Shown in pieces: positions 27,727 to 38,347 of a stretch of 46,095 bases of DNA; the first letter of the stretch is position 1, and each line of letters starts with the position of its first letter. The DNA lies in contig JBIKWQ010000020.1 in NCBI GenBank assembly GCA_044356215.1, forward strand, positions 1-46,095. Direction: 5' to 3'. A model generated the notes under the pieces. The model was not told where the DNA came from and searched no databases. It worked only from the letters and a program-made list of their open reading frames with translations. The DNA is from Bdellovibrionota bacterium (GTDB lineage Bacteria; Bdellovibrionota_C; UBA2361; OMII01). Position numbers and translations under genes: made by a program.

Positions 27727-28122
27727 TTACACAGCTCGCTCAAGATACCTCTCAAGTATCAAGCACGCCGCATACGCGTCCAACTCAGCGCGATCCGCAC
27801 CCGCTGAGCGTAACCGTTCGCTTGCTTCATCAGATGAGAATGACTCATCTACATAGATTATCTCGATCGATGTTCGCTTACTTAGCCTGCGTGTAAAGCT
27901 CTCAACTATATCGCAAATGGTAGTGCGCTCGCCGTTTGGACCGAGGGGCAACCCGACAACTAAGACCTTTGCTTGGCGTGCCTCAATCTCTCGGAGCAGC
28001 TCCCGCTCAGCGCGCCCTTGGGCCTTGGGCCACACGGCCAATGGAAAGGGGATCTTTACGCTGGAGTCGCTCCAGGCGACCCCCACTCTCACAGTACCAA
28101 CGTCTATCCCTAGTAAAATCAT
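27727..28122 (-). CDS. ruvX: YqgF/RuvX pre-16S rRNA nuclease
   Basis: LGIDVGTVRVGVAWSD, VVGLPL, VDESFSS, D..AA.LILE; ATG 28122. Confidence 0.92.
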   Translation of the reverse strand: MILLGIDVGTVRVGVAWSDSSVKIPFPLAVWPKAQGRAERELLREIEARQAKVLVVGLPLGPNGERTTICDIVESFTRRLSKRTSIEIIYVDESFSSDEASERLRSAGADRAELDAYAACLILERYLERAV

Positions 28123-28243
28123 CTCGCTTGCTTTCCTGCCTCTCTCGCTCACCCTCTTTCTAGCTGAGGTGGAATTGTGGGACAAGTCGCGGGCTCTTTG
28201 GGTGCGGCGTCTTTTGTAAGCTGCTGGAATAATTAGCAAATAC

Positions 28244-28327
28244 TTTCACCACAGAGGACACAGAGAATCTCCTTAATTGCCAATAAAATGGCCTATTCTC
28301 TGCGTCCCCCGCCCTCTGTGGGGGAAA
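28244..28327. repeat. REP-like CACCACAGAG hairpin repeat
   Basis: CACCACAGAGGACACAGAG...CTCTGCGTCC..CTCTGTGG; reverse complement matches 46014-46095 including the loop. Confidence 0.8.
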
Positions 28328-28394
28328 AGAACCGCGACGTTTTAACTCCCCACCTTGTCCCGAATCCCCCTTCTGGCTTAAAGTCTTCGGATCT

Positions 28395-29744
28395 ATGGGT
28401 ATTTACTCTATCACTGTCAGGGCCGCCGTTGTGGCGCTGGCGGGTACGGTCATCGTTAAAGGAACTCCGGTTGGGCAGCGCGCCTTTGAGCAGCTTTTCA
28501 CTAGGCGCTATATAACTAGCGATCTACTCATCGCCCCTCAAGCATCCCTTCAACCTGCCGATGGCACTCACGAGTCTGAGGCGCCTCTACTAAGCCAGTC
28601 AGAAATCCCGGTTATTACACCTAGCGAGCCTTTAATTGAGCGCTTTAAGCACACAATCAAGAAAGGATCGACGCTAGCTTCTCTTTGGCGAGAGCTAAAG
28701 GGCGCGCCTCATGCGGTCCAGTCTTTTATTAAGGCATTCTCTAATAAGCACCCGGCCCTACGCGCTGGCGAGGTCCTTTCAATAACCCGCAAAGGCGACC
28801 AGGTGGTTGAGCTGCGTCGGGAGTTAGGTCAGGGGGCAACACTAGTTATCACCGGCGGTGACAATGAGGGGTACGCACCCCGCATCGAGCAAGCCTTAGT
28901 CGAATCTCGTGAACGTAAACTCTCTGGGACAATCACTTCATCACTAGTAGACGCGGCTCAAGATATTGAGATGCCATATTCTGTTGTGGATGATTTCGTC
29001 GATCTCTTTAGTAACAGGGTAGATTTTCGTAAAGACCTACAACCTGGAGATACATTCACAGTTTGGTTTGATGAGAAGAGACTAGAAGATGGTCGAATTC
29101 TTTCGACTGGAGCGATTAAAGCCGCCTCTATCTCACTAAAAGGCACTATGTACGCGGTAGTACGTGACGTAGCGGCTGATGGAACCGTGAGATATTTTGA
29201 CGAAAAGGGCGAGATGCCAACAAAGGCTTTCTTACGCTATCCCGTGCAGTTCACCAGAATTAGCTCAGTTTTCTCACATGCGCGCTTTCATCCGGTTCTT
29301 CAAATATCAAGGCCTCATAACGGCGTAGACTTCGCTGCCCCGATAGGCACACCGGTTCGTACTGTTGGCGACGGTGTCGTTCTCTTTGCCGGATGGAATA
29401 AATCAGGTGGTAATATGATTAAGATAGCGCACGACTCTCGCTACACCACTGAGTACATGCACCTATCAAAGATATCTAGTAATGTCAGAAAAGGCTCTCG
29501 CGTTACCCGTGGTTCAGTTATCGGAGCCCTTGGAAATACCGGTCTCTCAAGTGGCCCGCACCTTCATTTTGGCCTCTTTGATAAGGGTAAATACGTAGAT
29601 CCGATGAAGGCTAAAGTTATTCAATCAGCTCCTGAGATTAAAGCTCCGAAAGCTGTCTACGCTCTAATCGCTGAGATGAAGAAAACACATCAGAGCATCG
29701 CCGTCGCGTCGAATTCGATCGGCTCCACTAAGAAGAAGGCATGA
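28395..29744 (+). CDS. M23 peptidoglycan DD-endopeptidase (MepM-like)
   Basis: HNGVDFAAPIGTPV, YMHLS, GPHLHF zinc motifs; RFHPVL. Confidence 0.92.
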   Translation: MGIYSITVRAAVVALAGTVIVKGTPVGQRAFEQLFTRRYITSDLLIAPQASLQPADGTHESEAPLLSQSEIPVITPSEPLIERFKHTIKKGSTLASLWRELKGAPHAVQSFIKAFSNKHPALRAGEVLSITRKGDQVVELRRELGQGATLVITGGDNEGYAPRIEQALVESRERKLSGTITSSLVDAAQDIEMPYSVVDDFVDLFSNRVDFRKDLQPGDTFTVWFDEKRLEDGRILSTGAIKAASISLKGTMYAVVRDVAADGTVRYFDEKGEMPTKAFLRYPVQFTRISSVFSHARFHPVLQISRPHNGVDFAAPIGTPVRTVGDGVVLFAGWNKSGGNMIKIAHDSRYTTEYMHLSKISSNVRKGSRVTRGSVIGALGNTGLSSGPHLHFGLFDKGKYVDPMKAKVIQSAPEIKAPKAVYALIAEMKKTHQSIAVASNSIGSTKKKA

Positions 29745-31024
29745 GCTTCTCAGTATCGATTCTCGCCACAGGCTCAGAATTACTCGATGGTCGGGTTGTT
29801 GATACCAATTCAAATGTAGTCGCCAGGGCGCTCTCAGACTTGGGCTTAAAGCTTAAGCGCGTTTTAGTTGTTGATGACGATCTAGACGAGCTTGTATCAG
29901 GACTAAAAATCCTATCAGAGGTCAGCGATATAATAATTACCTCAGGTGGATTGGGCCCAACAGCGGATGATTTAACCCGCGATATGGTGGCGCGCTTTTT
30001 TGGCGTTGGTGTAGTCGAGTTCCCAGAGGCGCGCGCCCACTTAGAGCAGTTCTATAAAAAGCGTTCGCGCCAACTAGATCCGGCTAATCTTAAACAAGCG
30101 CTTCTTCCCGCTGGATCTACAATGATTCCTAACGAGAACGGGACTGCCCCTGGATTTATTACAAGCGGCGCGCTCAGCGCTGGGCGTCACGTTACAGTCT
30201 GCTCACTCTCAGGAGTGCCGCGTGAATTTATCCCGATGTTTAACGACACAGTGCTTCCTATAATTCGCGCAAAAGCCAACAAAACAGAGACGATTGGGCG
30301 CCACACATTTAAGATATTCGGCATGCCCGAGTCGGTTGTTGGTAAGATAGTAGAGGGATGCCACCTAGATCCTAAGATAACGGTCTCTTACCGAGCCGCT
30401 TTTCCAGAGGTTCATGTAGTCCTAAAGGCTCTAAGTAGCACAGACCTAACGACCGCGGCTACTCAAGTAAGGCAAGCTATCGGACATGAGCAGATCTACA
30501 CCGAGGACGCGAGCGAGAGCTTCTTTGGGCGTATTCATAAATTACTGCTTGAGCGAAGCGCGACGGTATCGACCGCCGAATCGTGTACCGGGGGATTAGT
30601 TTCTAGCTTTCTTACCGAGACTGCTGGCTCATCGGCCGTGTTTACTGGCGGCGTTGTGTCGTATGACAACAGGATTAAAGCTGAAGTTTTAAAGGTTCCG
30701 GCCAAGACATTAGACGATCACGGCGCGGTAAGCGCTGAAACGGTCCGCTCTATGGCTTCGCACGTAAGAGAGATGATCGGAACGACTTATGGACTGGCGA
30801 TAAGTGGAGTAGCTGGACCTGGCGGCGGCACCGCTGAAAAGCCTGTAGGAACTGTTTGGCTAGCGGTTAGTGGGCCAGACGGTAAAACAAAAGAGATGAA
30901 GATCCTCTATGTAAACGATCGCCGCTCGGTAAGAGTTTACTCGTCTTATGTGCTTTTAGATCTATTGCGGAGAGAACTCTTGGGATTGGGGATGCCGGCG
31001 GGGTATCCGGTGATGGGGAAGTAG
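29741..31024 (+). CDS. cinA: CinA (MoCF-like domain + PncC NMN deamidase)
   Basis: GSELLDG..DTN, GGLGPTADDLT, AESCTGG, GAVS, SGVAGPGGG. Confidence 0.95.
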   Translation: MSFSVSILATGSELLDGRVVDTNSNVVARALSDLGLKLKRVLVVDDDLDELVSGLKILSEVSDIIITSGGLGPTADDLTRDMVARFFGVGVVEFPEARAHLEQFYKKRSRQLDPANLKQALLPAGSTMIPNENGTAPGFITSGALSAGRHVTVCSLSGVPREFIPMFNDTVLPIIRAKANKTETIGRHTFKIFGMPESVVGKIVEGCHLDPKITVSYRAAFPEVHVVLKALSSTDLTTAATQVRQAIGHEQIYTEDASESFFGRIHKLLLERSATVSTAESCTGGLVSSFLTETAGSSAVFTGGVVSYDNRIKAEVLKVPAKTLDDHGAVSAETVRSMASHVREMIGTTYGLAISGVAGPGGGTAEKPVGTVWLAVSGPDGKTKEMKILYVNDRRSVRVYSSYVLLDLLRRELLGLGMPAGYPVMGK

Positions 31025-31177
31025 GACCATTCCCACCTCAAAACAAACACTTACCCCGAGCTATTCCAGGCTCGCCGATCTCTTATACTCTTTGTAAAAA
31101 AATGAGCAATTCTTTAATCCTGAGCAGCTTTTTCACAACTAGACCAGCGAGGGGAAGGTATAAGCCGCGCCGTCAGT

Positions 31178-31273
31178 ATCCCCCCCCTCTGTACGTTCTC
31201 GCTGGCCTCTTTGTTTAAATCTCGGCGGATCCTTTTTGTACAAAGAGAGCGGCGAGAGAAAAGAGGGGGGGGG
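31178..31273 (-). repeat. ~95-bp palindromic MITE/REP-like repeat, inverted copy
   Basis: Reverse complement aligns with 24349-24441; a degenerate relative lies at ~31071-31155. Confidence 0.85.
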
Positions 31274-31395
31274 ATAAAAGATGTGGAGTCCTGCCTAGCA
31301 GGACTGAGCTAAATCCAAGATTACTACCAACACATCTCCCCTCTAAACTACTATTTATGGGTAATAGTGAGCCTAGTCGGGGGCGCCTTTCTCTG

Positions 31396-31488
31396 GTGAG
31401 TAGTTATTATATCCACCCCGCTTTGCTCCGCAAAGCCGCCCCTTAATAGGGGCTAACGTTATCGCGGCATAATTTGCTGAGTAGTTAC
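31396..31488 (-). repeat. 67-bp repeat copy B, bounded by two TAACTACTCA cores
   Basis: Minus strand GTAACTACTCAG...GCCCCT-ATTA-AGGGGC...CTTTGC-GGA-GCAAAG...ATAACTACTCAC. Confidence 0.85.
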
Positions 31489-31605
31489 ATTTACCCTAAT
31501 GTACCAACCCTCATTTATGATAAGATATTTCTAATGGCCCGTTCACCTAAGAACATGGCCTTCTGGGTTAGTTACTAAACAACAAGAAAGAGAGACAATT
31601 ACTAC

Positions 31606-32598
31606 ATGACAGGATACGGAAGACGAGCGGGAGATCCTAAGGGGGCTACTAAGGAGATGGAGGTAGCCTTTCCACAATCAACAGTAATGCAGGCATTAGT
31701 CGGCGATAAGGACGAAAACCTGCGAACGATCGAGAGAGAGCTAGGTTTAAAGATTGGACGTTCAGCTAATGGACTAACCCTTGTTGGTCAGGATACGGAC
31801 GTAGAGCTGGGGCACGACCTTCTGACACAGCTAAGAGATTTAGTACAATCCGGCGAGAACGTATTTAAAGGTGACGTAGAGCGCGCTATCAAGATGCTCT
31901 CAGGAAATAGGCGCCTTAGATTAGAAGATCTATTTCGTGATGAGATCAGCGTAAGTGGCAAGCGCACAAAGATCGTCCCAAAGACGTTTAGGCAGAAGAC
32001 CTATATCGAAGAGATTAAAAATCACGATGTTGTTTTCGGTGTTGGACCCGCTGGAACTGGAAAGACATACCTAGCGATGGCGATGGCGGTTACCGCTCTC
32101 TTAAATAAAGAGGTGAAACGCATAGTTCTCTGTAGACCAGCAGTTGAAGCCGGTGAAAAATTAGGATTCCTGCCAGGAGATATGGCAGAGAAGGTAAATC
32201 CGTATCTCAGACCTCTTTATGACGCTTTGCACGATATGGTTGATTTCGACCGCGCTAAGGAGCTGGTTGAACGTGGGGTTGTTGAGGTTGCGCCACTAGC
32301 TTTCATGCGTGGACGCACTCTCTCGAACGCGTTTGTCATCTTAGATGAGGCTCAAAATACCACTCCAGTTCAGATGAAGATGCTACTGACCCGTCTGGGA
32401 TTCGGATCGACGTGCGTGATAACCGGCGATGTAACTCAGATCGATCTACCACGCGGAATTCAGTCCGGACTGAGTCACGCTCTAAATTTACTACGCGACG
32501 TAGACGGGATATCGATCGTCCACTTTACTCATGAGGACGTGGTGCGCCATCCGTTAGTGTCGCGAATAATTCAAGCCTACGACCGAGATGAGGCGTAA
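31606..32598 (+). CDS. phoH: PhoH family protein
   Basis: GPAGTGKT, RPAVEAGEKLGFLPGD, LAFMRGRTL, LDEAQN, DVVRHPLV. Confidence 0.96.
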   Translation: MTGYGRRAGDPKGATKEMEVAFPQSTVMQALVGDKDENLRTIERELGLKIGRSANGLTLVGQDTDVELGHDLLTQLRDLVQSGENVFKGDVERAIKMLSGNRRLRLEDLFRDEISVSGKRTKIVPKTFRQKTYIEEIKNHDVVFGVGPAGTGKTYLAMAMAVTALLNKEVKRIVLCRPAVEAGEKLGFLPGDMAEKVNPYLRPLYDALHDMVDFDRAKELVERGVVEVAPLAFMRGRTLSNAFVILDEAQNTTPVQMKMLLTRLGFGSTCVITGDVTQIDLPRGIQSGLSHALNLLRDVDGISIVHFTHEDVVRHPLVSRIIQAYDRDEA

Positions 32599-32658
32599 AT
32601 AGCTCTTATCAAAGAGCGGTGGATGAGTAGTTTCTCTACTCGATACCGCCGGAGAATT

Positions 32659-33189
32659 ATGCCTTCTAAAGATAAACAAATAAAAGCTAAGGCCAAAAAC
32701 GCCAAGCGCAAGTGGCGGATTCATATCACCCTTGAGAGCCGTGCGTTAAGGATACCAGAGGTCTGGATTCGAGATGCCGCTAAAATGGTGCTCGCCGAAG
32801 TAGACCACGAGATAGCTATTAGTGAGGTAAACGAGCTTCATATTCTGGTGATAAACGATGCCAGGATGCATGAGATAAACTTTCAATTTAGAGATAAAGA
32901 TAAAACAACAGACGTATTATCGTTTCCTCAATACACACCAAAAGAGATCCGTGGTGTTCGCGCGACACAGGACGCGCAAGGGCCTTATTTAGGCGATCTA
33001 GTTATATCTAGTGAAACTACAAAGCGCCAAGCCAAACGGTTTAAGGTAACTGTAAAGAAAGAGCTGTCACGGCTTATTACTCACGGGATCCTGCACCTTG
33101 TTGGATATGATCACGAAAAGGTGCCTGCAAAAGAGGCTCAAGCGATGCGCAGGCGAGAGCGTACGATTATGGAGATTATTTGCGGCTAA
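32659..33189 (+). CDS. ybeY: rRNA maturation endoribonuclease YbeY
   Basis: RDKDKTTDVLSFP, LGDLVIS, HGILHLVGYDH; GGAG before ATG 32659 (alternative 32623). Confidence 0.94.
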   Translation: MPSKDKQIKAKAKNAKRKWRIHITLESRALRIPEVWIRDAAKMVLAEVDHEIAISEVNELHILVINDARMHEINFQFRDKDKTTDVLSFPQYTPKEIRGVRATQDAQGPYLGDLVISSETTKRQAKRFKVTVKKELSRLITHGILHLVGYDHEKVPAKEAQAMRRRERTIMEIICG

Positions 33190-33389
33190 GAGGCCTCGGT
33201 TTTTACCCTAAAGCAACCAAATGCCGGATCTGTCCCAATCTGTCCTCATTAGAGCTTAATAGACTCTTAGGGTATTTATATCAGGTCGAAACGTGACTAA
33301 GAAAATTAGACTAATTATCATCGACATAGAGTCACAACGAGCGGACCTAACTGCCGCGCCTTAAATTTTACTTGAGGGTTAGTTGCAAT

Positions 33390-33851
33390 ATGTTTAGCAA
33401 GATCCAAGAAACTGCCGGAATAGCTTTTTTAGCGCTTTCATCTTTGAGCTTCACCACTGGATGCAATTCTGAGCCGAAAGATAAAGAACCCACGGTCATA
33501 AAAGCGCCAATACTTCTTCAGACATTACGAGATCTAAATGCGGATTCAGCTGTTCGGAATGGAGTCGATCTAGTATCGGCAATATCTGATTCGCGACTTC
33601 TTCTAGATACTGAGCTGAAACAGGCGCTATCAGAAAAGCTAGCCAAGCTCCTGCCTGAGTTAAATACTGAATTGGAGCAAGTCTCCGATGAGGGGAAGAA
33701 GGAGCTTTTGGTCGAGGTAGCTATACAAGCTAGACAATCTAAGGATAAGGACGTCATTGAATTCTTGAAAGCTGTGCGAGAAAAACTTAATGGCAGCAAC
33801 CCGTACGCTATATCAGGCCTGAAGCTACCAACTGTCCCCTCTACTAAATAG
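33390..33851 (+). CDS. Hypothetical lipoprotein
   Basis: Signal-like N-terminus ending in TTGC lipobox-like sequence; helical body. Confidence 0.6.
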   Translation: MFSKIQETAGIAFLALSSLSFTTGCNSEPKDKEPTVIKAPILLQTLRDLNADSAVRNGVDLVSAISDSRLLLDTELKQALSEKLAKLLPELNTELEQVSDEGKKELLVEVAIQARQSKDKDVIEFLKAVREKLNGSNPYAISGLKLPTVPSTK

Positions 33852-33973
33852 TCGAAATAAGGCTGAAATGGTCTAGACGCTGCCCAAGGAGGCGGGGCGA
33901 AATCTCACTCGCGAAAGATTTTGTTACAAACAGCGATTGCCCGGCCGATCCCGACGTGCTACCACAAATTTAT

Positions 33974-34915
33974 ATGGCAGAGCACTTATCTGATAAAAAC
34001 AGTGAAACAACCAACAGATCAAAGATCTTCGCGATGGTCACCACCCTGAAGTCCAGGGAATACACCTCGCACGCGGTTAAGACTTTCTTTGAGAATACTG
34101 AGCTAAATGACACTGACAGATTTATACTTATAAGTAACGATGACCCCAACGCTTTCACGTTTCAGACAAAACTCTCTACGCGGTTAGAACTGATTAACAA
34201 TCCGGAACCGCTATCTTTTGCCGCCAACGTAAATCAGATGATCGATTTAGCTTTATCCACATCAAGCGATCTCTACTTTATAAACAACGACGTCATATTC
34301 TCAGATAATTGGCTTGCGCCCCTCGCTCAGGGAGATGACAGAACTATTCTTTCACCCGTCTCTAACCGCGAGGTCCAGTACGCTGGCAGCGCTGTAGTGA
34401 TCGCCTCAAAGCACGTAGCCAATACAATGATCCTTAAAGCACCGATGGAGCTAAACGAATACCTAGCTTCTCCAAGGATGTTTCAGGCGCTAGCTGAGGC
34501 TCATTCTAAAACTGCCTCTGGTTATCTTCCCCTACTTGTTTTCCCGTTCTTCTGCGTGAAGCTTCCACTCGGTGTAATGCGAATAGTTGGTAAATTTGAC
34601 TTAAGCTTCGGGCGAGCCGGCGGAGAGGACTACGACTACGCTTTGCGCGCCTGGCTAGCTGGATTTGAATGCAAACTAGCTCTAGGGTCGTACCTTCTCC
34701 ACTTTTGGGGTAGATCAACCTGGGCAGGCGGACCACAAGCTGAATCAAACTATGATAAAGGATTCTTAAAGATATTCGAGGAGAAATGGGGCAAAGCCCT
34801 CTTTCAATTCGCCCTTCAAGAGAACGACTCAGCTATCACCTCAGATCCTGAATTAAATAATCTTAGACAAACAGGACGGTTAGGAGAGCTGGTCAGGCGA
34901 CTAAAAATGCGATAA
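33974..34915 (+). CDS. Glycosyltransferase family 2-like protein
   Basis: SFAANVN, FINNDV, FFCVKL, GKFDLSFGRAGGEDYDY..RA..AG, LLHF. Confidence 0.8.
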   Translation: MAEHLSDKNSETTNRSKIFAMVTTLKSREYTSHAVKTFFENTELNDTDRFILISNDDPNAFTFQTKLSTRLELINNPEPLSFAANVNQMIDLALSTSSDLYFINNDVIFSDNWLAPLAQGDDRTILSPVSNREVQYAGSAVVIASKHVANTMILKAPMELNEYLASPRMFQALAEAHSKTASGYLPLLVFPFFCVKLPLGVMRIVGKFDLSFGRAGGEDYDYALRAWLAGFECKLALGSYLLHFWGRSTWAGGPQAESNYDKGFLKIFEEKWGKALFQFALQENDSAITSDPELNNLRQTGRLGELVRRLKMR

Positions 34916-34930
34916 TCAAAATTAAACTAT

Positions 34931-37150
34931 ATGAAAAAAAGACTCCTCCGCTACCTTATCGCCATCGTGATCGTCCTACCCGTAGTGACGATTGGTGCTA
35001 TCTATACCGCGCTCCGCAGCGAGCGCTTTGTGATAGGCTACCTCCTCCCTTTTATTAGTGAAAAAGCTGGCACACAGATCCAGGCTTCTCACTCATCGAT
35101 AAAGCTCTTTAGTTCTATTGATCTCGAGGGACTAAGTGTCGGAGGCGTTAGCAAAGATTCTAAAGCTAGCGGAAAAGACCCGTTATCACTAAATGCTAAA
35201 TCGCTTCATTTAAGCTACGACTTTTGGTCACTACTATCTAAAAAACTGGCGATCACCGAGCTTAAAGTGGATCAGCTAAAGGTAGCGTTACTTCAAGGGC
35301 AGACCGCTAGCGAGAGCAGCGCGGCCCCTAGTGCTGAGACCACTCCGAATCAAGCCCCGTCGTCTGAAAAGCCCGGTTTTGTGATAACTCTTAAAGATGT
35401 CGAGATTAGTAATAGCGCATTTAAATTTAGCGATAATAAAGCAGGCGCTGAATACGCCTTAGATGGTATCTCGATTCAGATCCCGAACGGCGACTCTAAT
35501 GGTGACTCTGAGATTAAACTTAAATTTAACGCTTCAGTTAACACAAACTCATTAAAGCTAAGCAACGAAACGATCTCAGGAGCGTTAAAGCTTAAAGATG
35601 CCGCAATGTTCGCGCCATCTGCGATCGACATCTCAGCGAAGGTGGGGAAGGCCACGCCAACTCCGCTTGAATTTATCGGGGCGCTTAATTTCTTAAAGGA
35701 GCCTTATGGTCTAAATCTAGTATCAATCAATAAAGCGCTCGTTCGTGACACATTACTCACGACTCTTAGCCTCCCTAGCGGGCCGATCCAGTCATTTGAA
35801 TACGAGCTATCAGGAGAATATCCATTAGCAAACGGAACCCCTTTTAATCTAAAAATGCTAGTAAATAAGGGGCTAATAAGTCCAACTAGCGACCTTAAAG
35901 GCACAAAACTATCAGCCAACCTAACTCTGGCTGCTGATTCCTTATCGGCTAACAGCTCAAATATTGAGCTAATTACAAACGGAGCTAGCGCCGCTAAATG
36001 CTCACTTAGCGGGAATTTCGCCTTTGACCCTTTTTCAAAGCGCTCGAAGCTAGATCTAAAGGTTCCCAGTATAGACTTTGATCTTATAGAGACCGCTTTA
36101 GCGCCTGCCAATACACCAGCTCCCAGCGAGTCAGATGCCGCGCCCAAAGCCTCGACTACCCCCGAGACGACACCGACACCTGCCGCGCCTCAGAGCGCCA
36201 GTAGCGCGATAAAGCTGCCGCTTATTGACGCACAGGTGGCGATTGATAGAGCCACTTATCAGAAGACAGGGATCTCAGATCTTAAGCTAGACGTAAGCAT
36301 CCCTAAGAACACTCAGATAGAGAGGGCGCAACTTAACGCTAAGTTTGATGGCGGTGGGGTGTTATCACTCTCAGCGGCTGGGCTGTTAGATCAAACCGTG
36401 AACTTTAAAGCTAAGGCCGAGAAGGTAAATATCTTGCCACTCGCGGCGGCGGTGCAGAGCGGAGATGATCTCCTTGAGGGAAACTTAGATCTACTCGATA
36501 TCGACCTCTCGCTCGCTCCGAATTCACCACGCACATCTATTACCGGAAAGACGCGCGTTAATCTTTCTAGATTTATCGTACCTAGCACTCTGCACGGACA
36601 GGTGCCCTTTAATATTCTCTTCCTGCCATTCGACGCGCTTATCACAGTTTTTGGGGGTACGTTAAACGCGATCCTCCCTAAGTCTATCTCTAGTATTAGC
36701 GATGGAATTCGCGAGGTTCTCGATGACGCTGGGCGGCTAGGAATAGAGAAGGGGGTCATCGATCTGACTTTTAACCAAGGTGAGATAGCTTGTAATAAAG
36801 TCGAGATAGACACGAAGAATCTCCCTGATTTTAATATTAAGGGGAAGGTAACAGCAAAAGATGGGCTTGATCTTACGATATTTATCGCCTTGCTAAAGCT
36901 TAATTTACCACTGCCTGTTGCTGGGACACTCAGCACTCCCCTCCCAGACGTTGTCTATTTGGGGCCTGAGATAGTTAGGGGCTTAGGGCTAAGTATAGGA
37001 AATATCGCGGGGAGCGCGGCGTCACTTTTTGGCGGCGGCTCATCAGACGATTCATCTCCGTCCACAGATAAACCGATAATTGACGCCGTAAAACCGGTCG
37101 TGTCTCCTGCCGCCATCAAGAACAGCATAGGAACGATTAAGCGGAAGTAG
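34931..37150 (+). CDS. AsmA-like envelope protein
   Basis: N-terminal TM anchor, long beta-rich body, C-terminal LPLPVAGTLSTP motif. Confidence 0.6.
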   Translation: MKKRLLRYLIAIVIVLPVVTIGAIYTALRSERFVIGYLLPFISEKAGTQIQASHSSIKLFSSIDLEGLSVGGVSKDSKASGKDPLSLNAKSLHLSYDFWSLLSKKLAITELKVDQLKVALLQGQTASESSAAPSAETTPNQAPSSEKPGFVITLKDVEISNSAFKFSDNKAGAEYALDGISIQIPNGDSNGDSEIKLKFNASVNTNSLKLSNETISGALKLKDAAMFAPSAIDISAKVGKATPTPLEFIGALNFLKEPYGLNLVSINKALVRDTLLTTLSLPSGPIQSFEYELSGEYPLANGTPFNLKMLVNKGLISPTSDLKGTKLSANLTLAADSLSANSSNIELITNGASAAKCSLSGNFAFDPFSKRSKLDLKVPSIDFDLIETALAPANTPAPSESDAAPKASTTPETTPTPAAPQSASSAIKLPLIDAQVAIDRATYQKTGISDLKLDVSIPKNTQIERAQLNAKFDGGGVLSLSAAGLLDQTVNFKAKAEKVNILPLAAAVQSGDDLLEGNLDLLDIDLSLAPNSPRTSITGKTRVNLSRFIVPSTLHGQVPFNILFLPFDALITVFGGTLNAILPKSISSISDGIREVLDDAGRLGIEKGVIDLTFNQGEIACNKVEIDTKNLPDFNIKGKVTAKDGLDLTIFIALLKLNLPLPVAGTLSTPLPDVVYLGPEIVRGLGLSIGNIAGSAASLFGGGSSDDSSPSTDKPIIDAVKPVVSPAAIKNSIGTIKRK

Positions 37151-37187
37151 TTAGCGCAATCGCCGGTATTTTGTTAGAAAGAACCTT

Positions 37188-37682
37188 ATGACTGACGTTA
37201 TAGGTATTATCTCTGACACTCACGAAGACGCCCGAATGATCCGCAAAGCGGTGCGGATCTTTAAAGAGCGGGCTCCTGCTATGGTTATTCACTGTGGTGA
37301 TATTATCTCACCACCTGTACTTGAGAATTTCGCTGAGCTGCCGTTGCGCTTAGTTTACGGTAACAATGATGGCGAGCGTTCGGGCCTCAAGAAAAAGTGC
37401 GCTGAGCTTGGATTTTACGGTATCGAAGATACGTTAACTTTCACTCACTCTGATAAGACATTTTTTGTTAATCACGGAACGTATCCGCGGGTTATCGACG
37501 AAGCGATTCAATCTGGGAGCTATGACTACGTTCTTCACGGTCATACTCACGAGATGAGAAACGAGCTGTACGGTACTACTCGAGTTATTAATCCAGGCGC
37601 TCTTTACTCGGCCGACACCTACTCGATAGCTTTCCTTGAGCCGGTGACCGGAGCTGTTGAATTTGTCGAGATCCCGGAATAG
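37188..37682 (+). CDS. YfcE/MJ0936-type metallophosphoesterase
   Basis: ISDTH, HCGD, GNND, HG, HGHTH, INPG. Confidence 0.92.
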   Translation: MTDVIGIISDTHEDARMIRKAVRIFKERAPAMVIHCGDIISPPVLENFAELPLRLVYGNNDGERSGLKKKCAELGFYGIEDTLTFTHSDKTFFVNHGTYPRVIDEAIQSGSYDYVLHGHTHEMRNELYGTTRVINPGALYSADTYSIAFLEPVTGAVEFVEIPE

Positions 37683-37687
37683 CGCGT

Positions 37688-38164
37688 ATGAAGATCGACT
37701 GGCAACTCTGGATCCCTAAAGAGATCGCGGTTCTCTGCTTTATATTCCGGCAGGATGAGGTGCTCTTAATTGAGAAGCTGCGAGGATTAGGAGCGGGCAA
37801 GGTAAACGCACCGGGTGGGAGATTGGAGGTTGGGGAGACACCACTTCAGGCCGCGATTAGGGAGGTTCAAGAGGAGATATCCGTTACACCACACGAGCTC
37901 TCTCAAGTAGGAAATTTAAAGTTCGCTTTTGTTGATGGGTATAATTTAGAGTGCTGGGTTTTTAGAGCTGAAAGTCATACCGGGACCCCAACAAACAGCC
38001 CAGAGGCGATCCCATTTTGGAGCCACGTTAACTCTCTTCCGTATGATCGGATGTGGGACGACGACCGCGACTGGCTTCCGTTTCTTTTAAGATCTGAGGC
38101 TTTCCAAGGGGAATTTGCCTTTGATGGAGAGAGGATGCTTAGTGGGTCGGCTCGGAGGGTTTGA
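37688..38164 (+). CDS. NUDIX hydrolase, 8-oxo-dGTPase (MTH1-like)
   Basis: KLRGLGAGKVN, Nudix box GGRLEVGETPLQAAIREVQEE, PYDRMWDDD. Confidence 0.88.
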   Translation: MKIDWQLWIPKEIAVLCFIFRQDEVLLIEKLRGLGAGKVNAPGGRLEVGETPLQAAIREVQEEISVTPHELSQVGNLKFAFVDGYNLECWVFRAESHTGTPTNSPEAIPFWSHVNSLPYDRMWDDDRDWLPFLLRSEAFQGEFAFDGERMLSGSARRV

Positions 38165-38347
38165 GGGCGCGACAGCGGAAGAAAAAATCGTCGCTATAGT
38201 GGTGAATCTGGATAGCTGGACGGCTATTAAAGTGTATCAGGAATCACCTTAGTGACTCTTTGCCTGCAACAGTATGCTCTTCCGTTTCCGTTGACATGAT
38301 GTATCAACATGCCAGTTAGGTAAAACAGCTCAACAAGCCGAATTCGC

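Noticed and set aside
35704..36936. Minus-strand ORFs inside the AsmA-like gene
   Set aside because: Antisense shadows with no independent evidence
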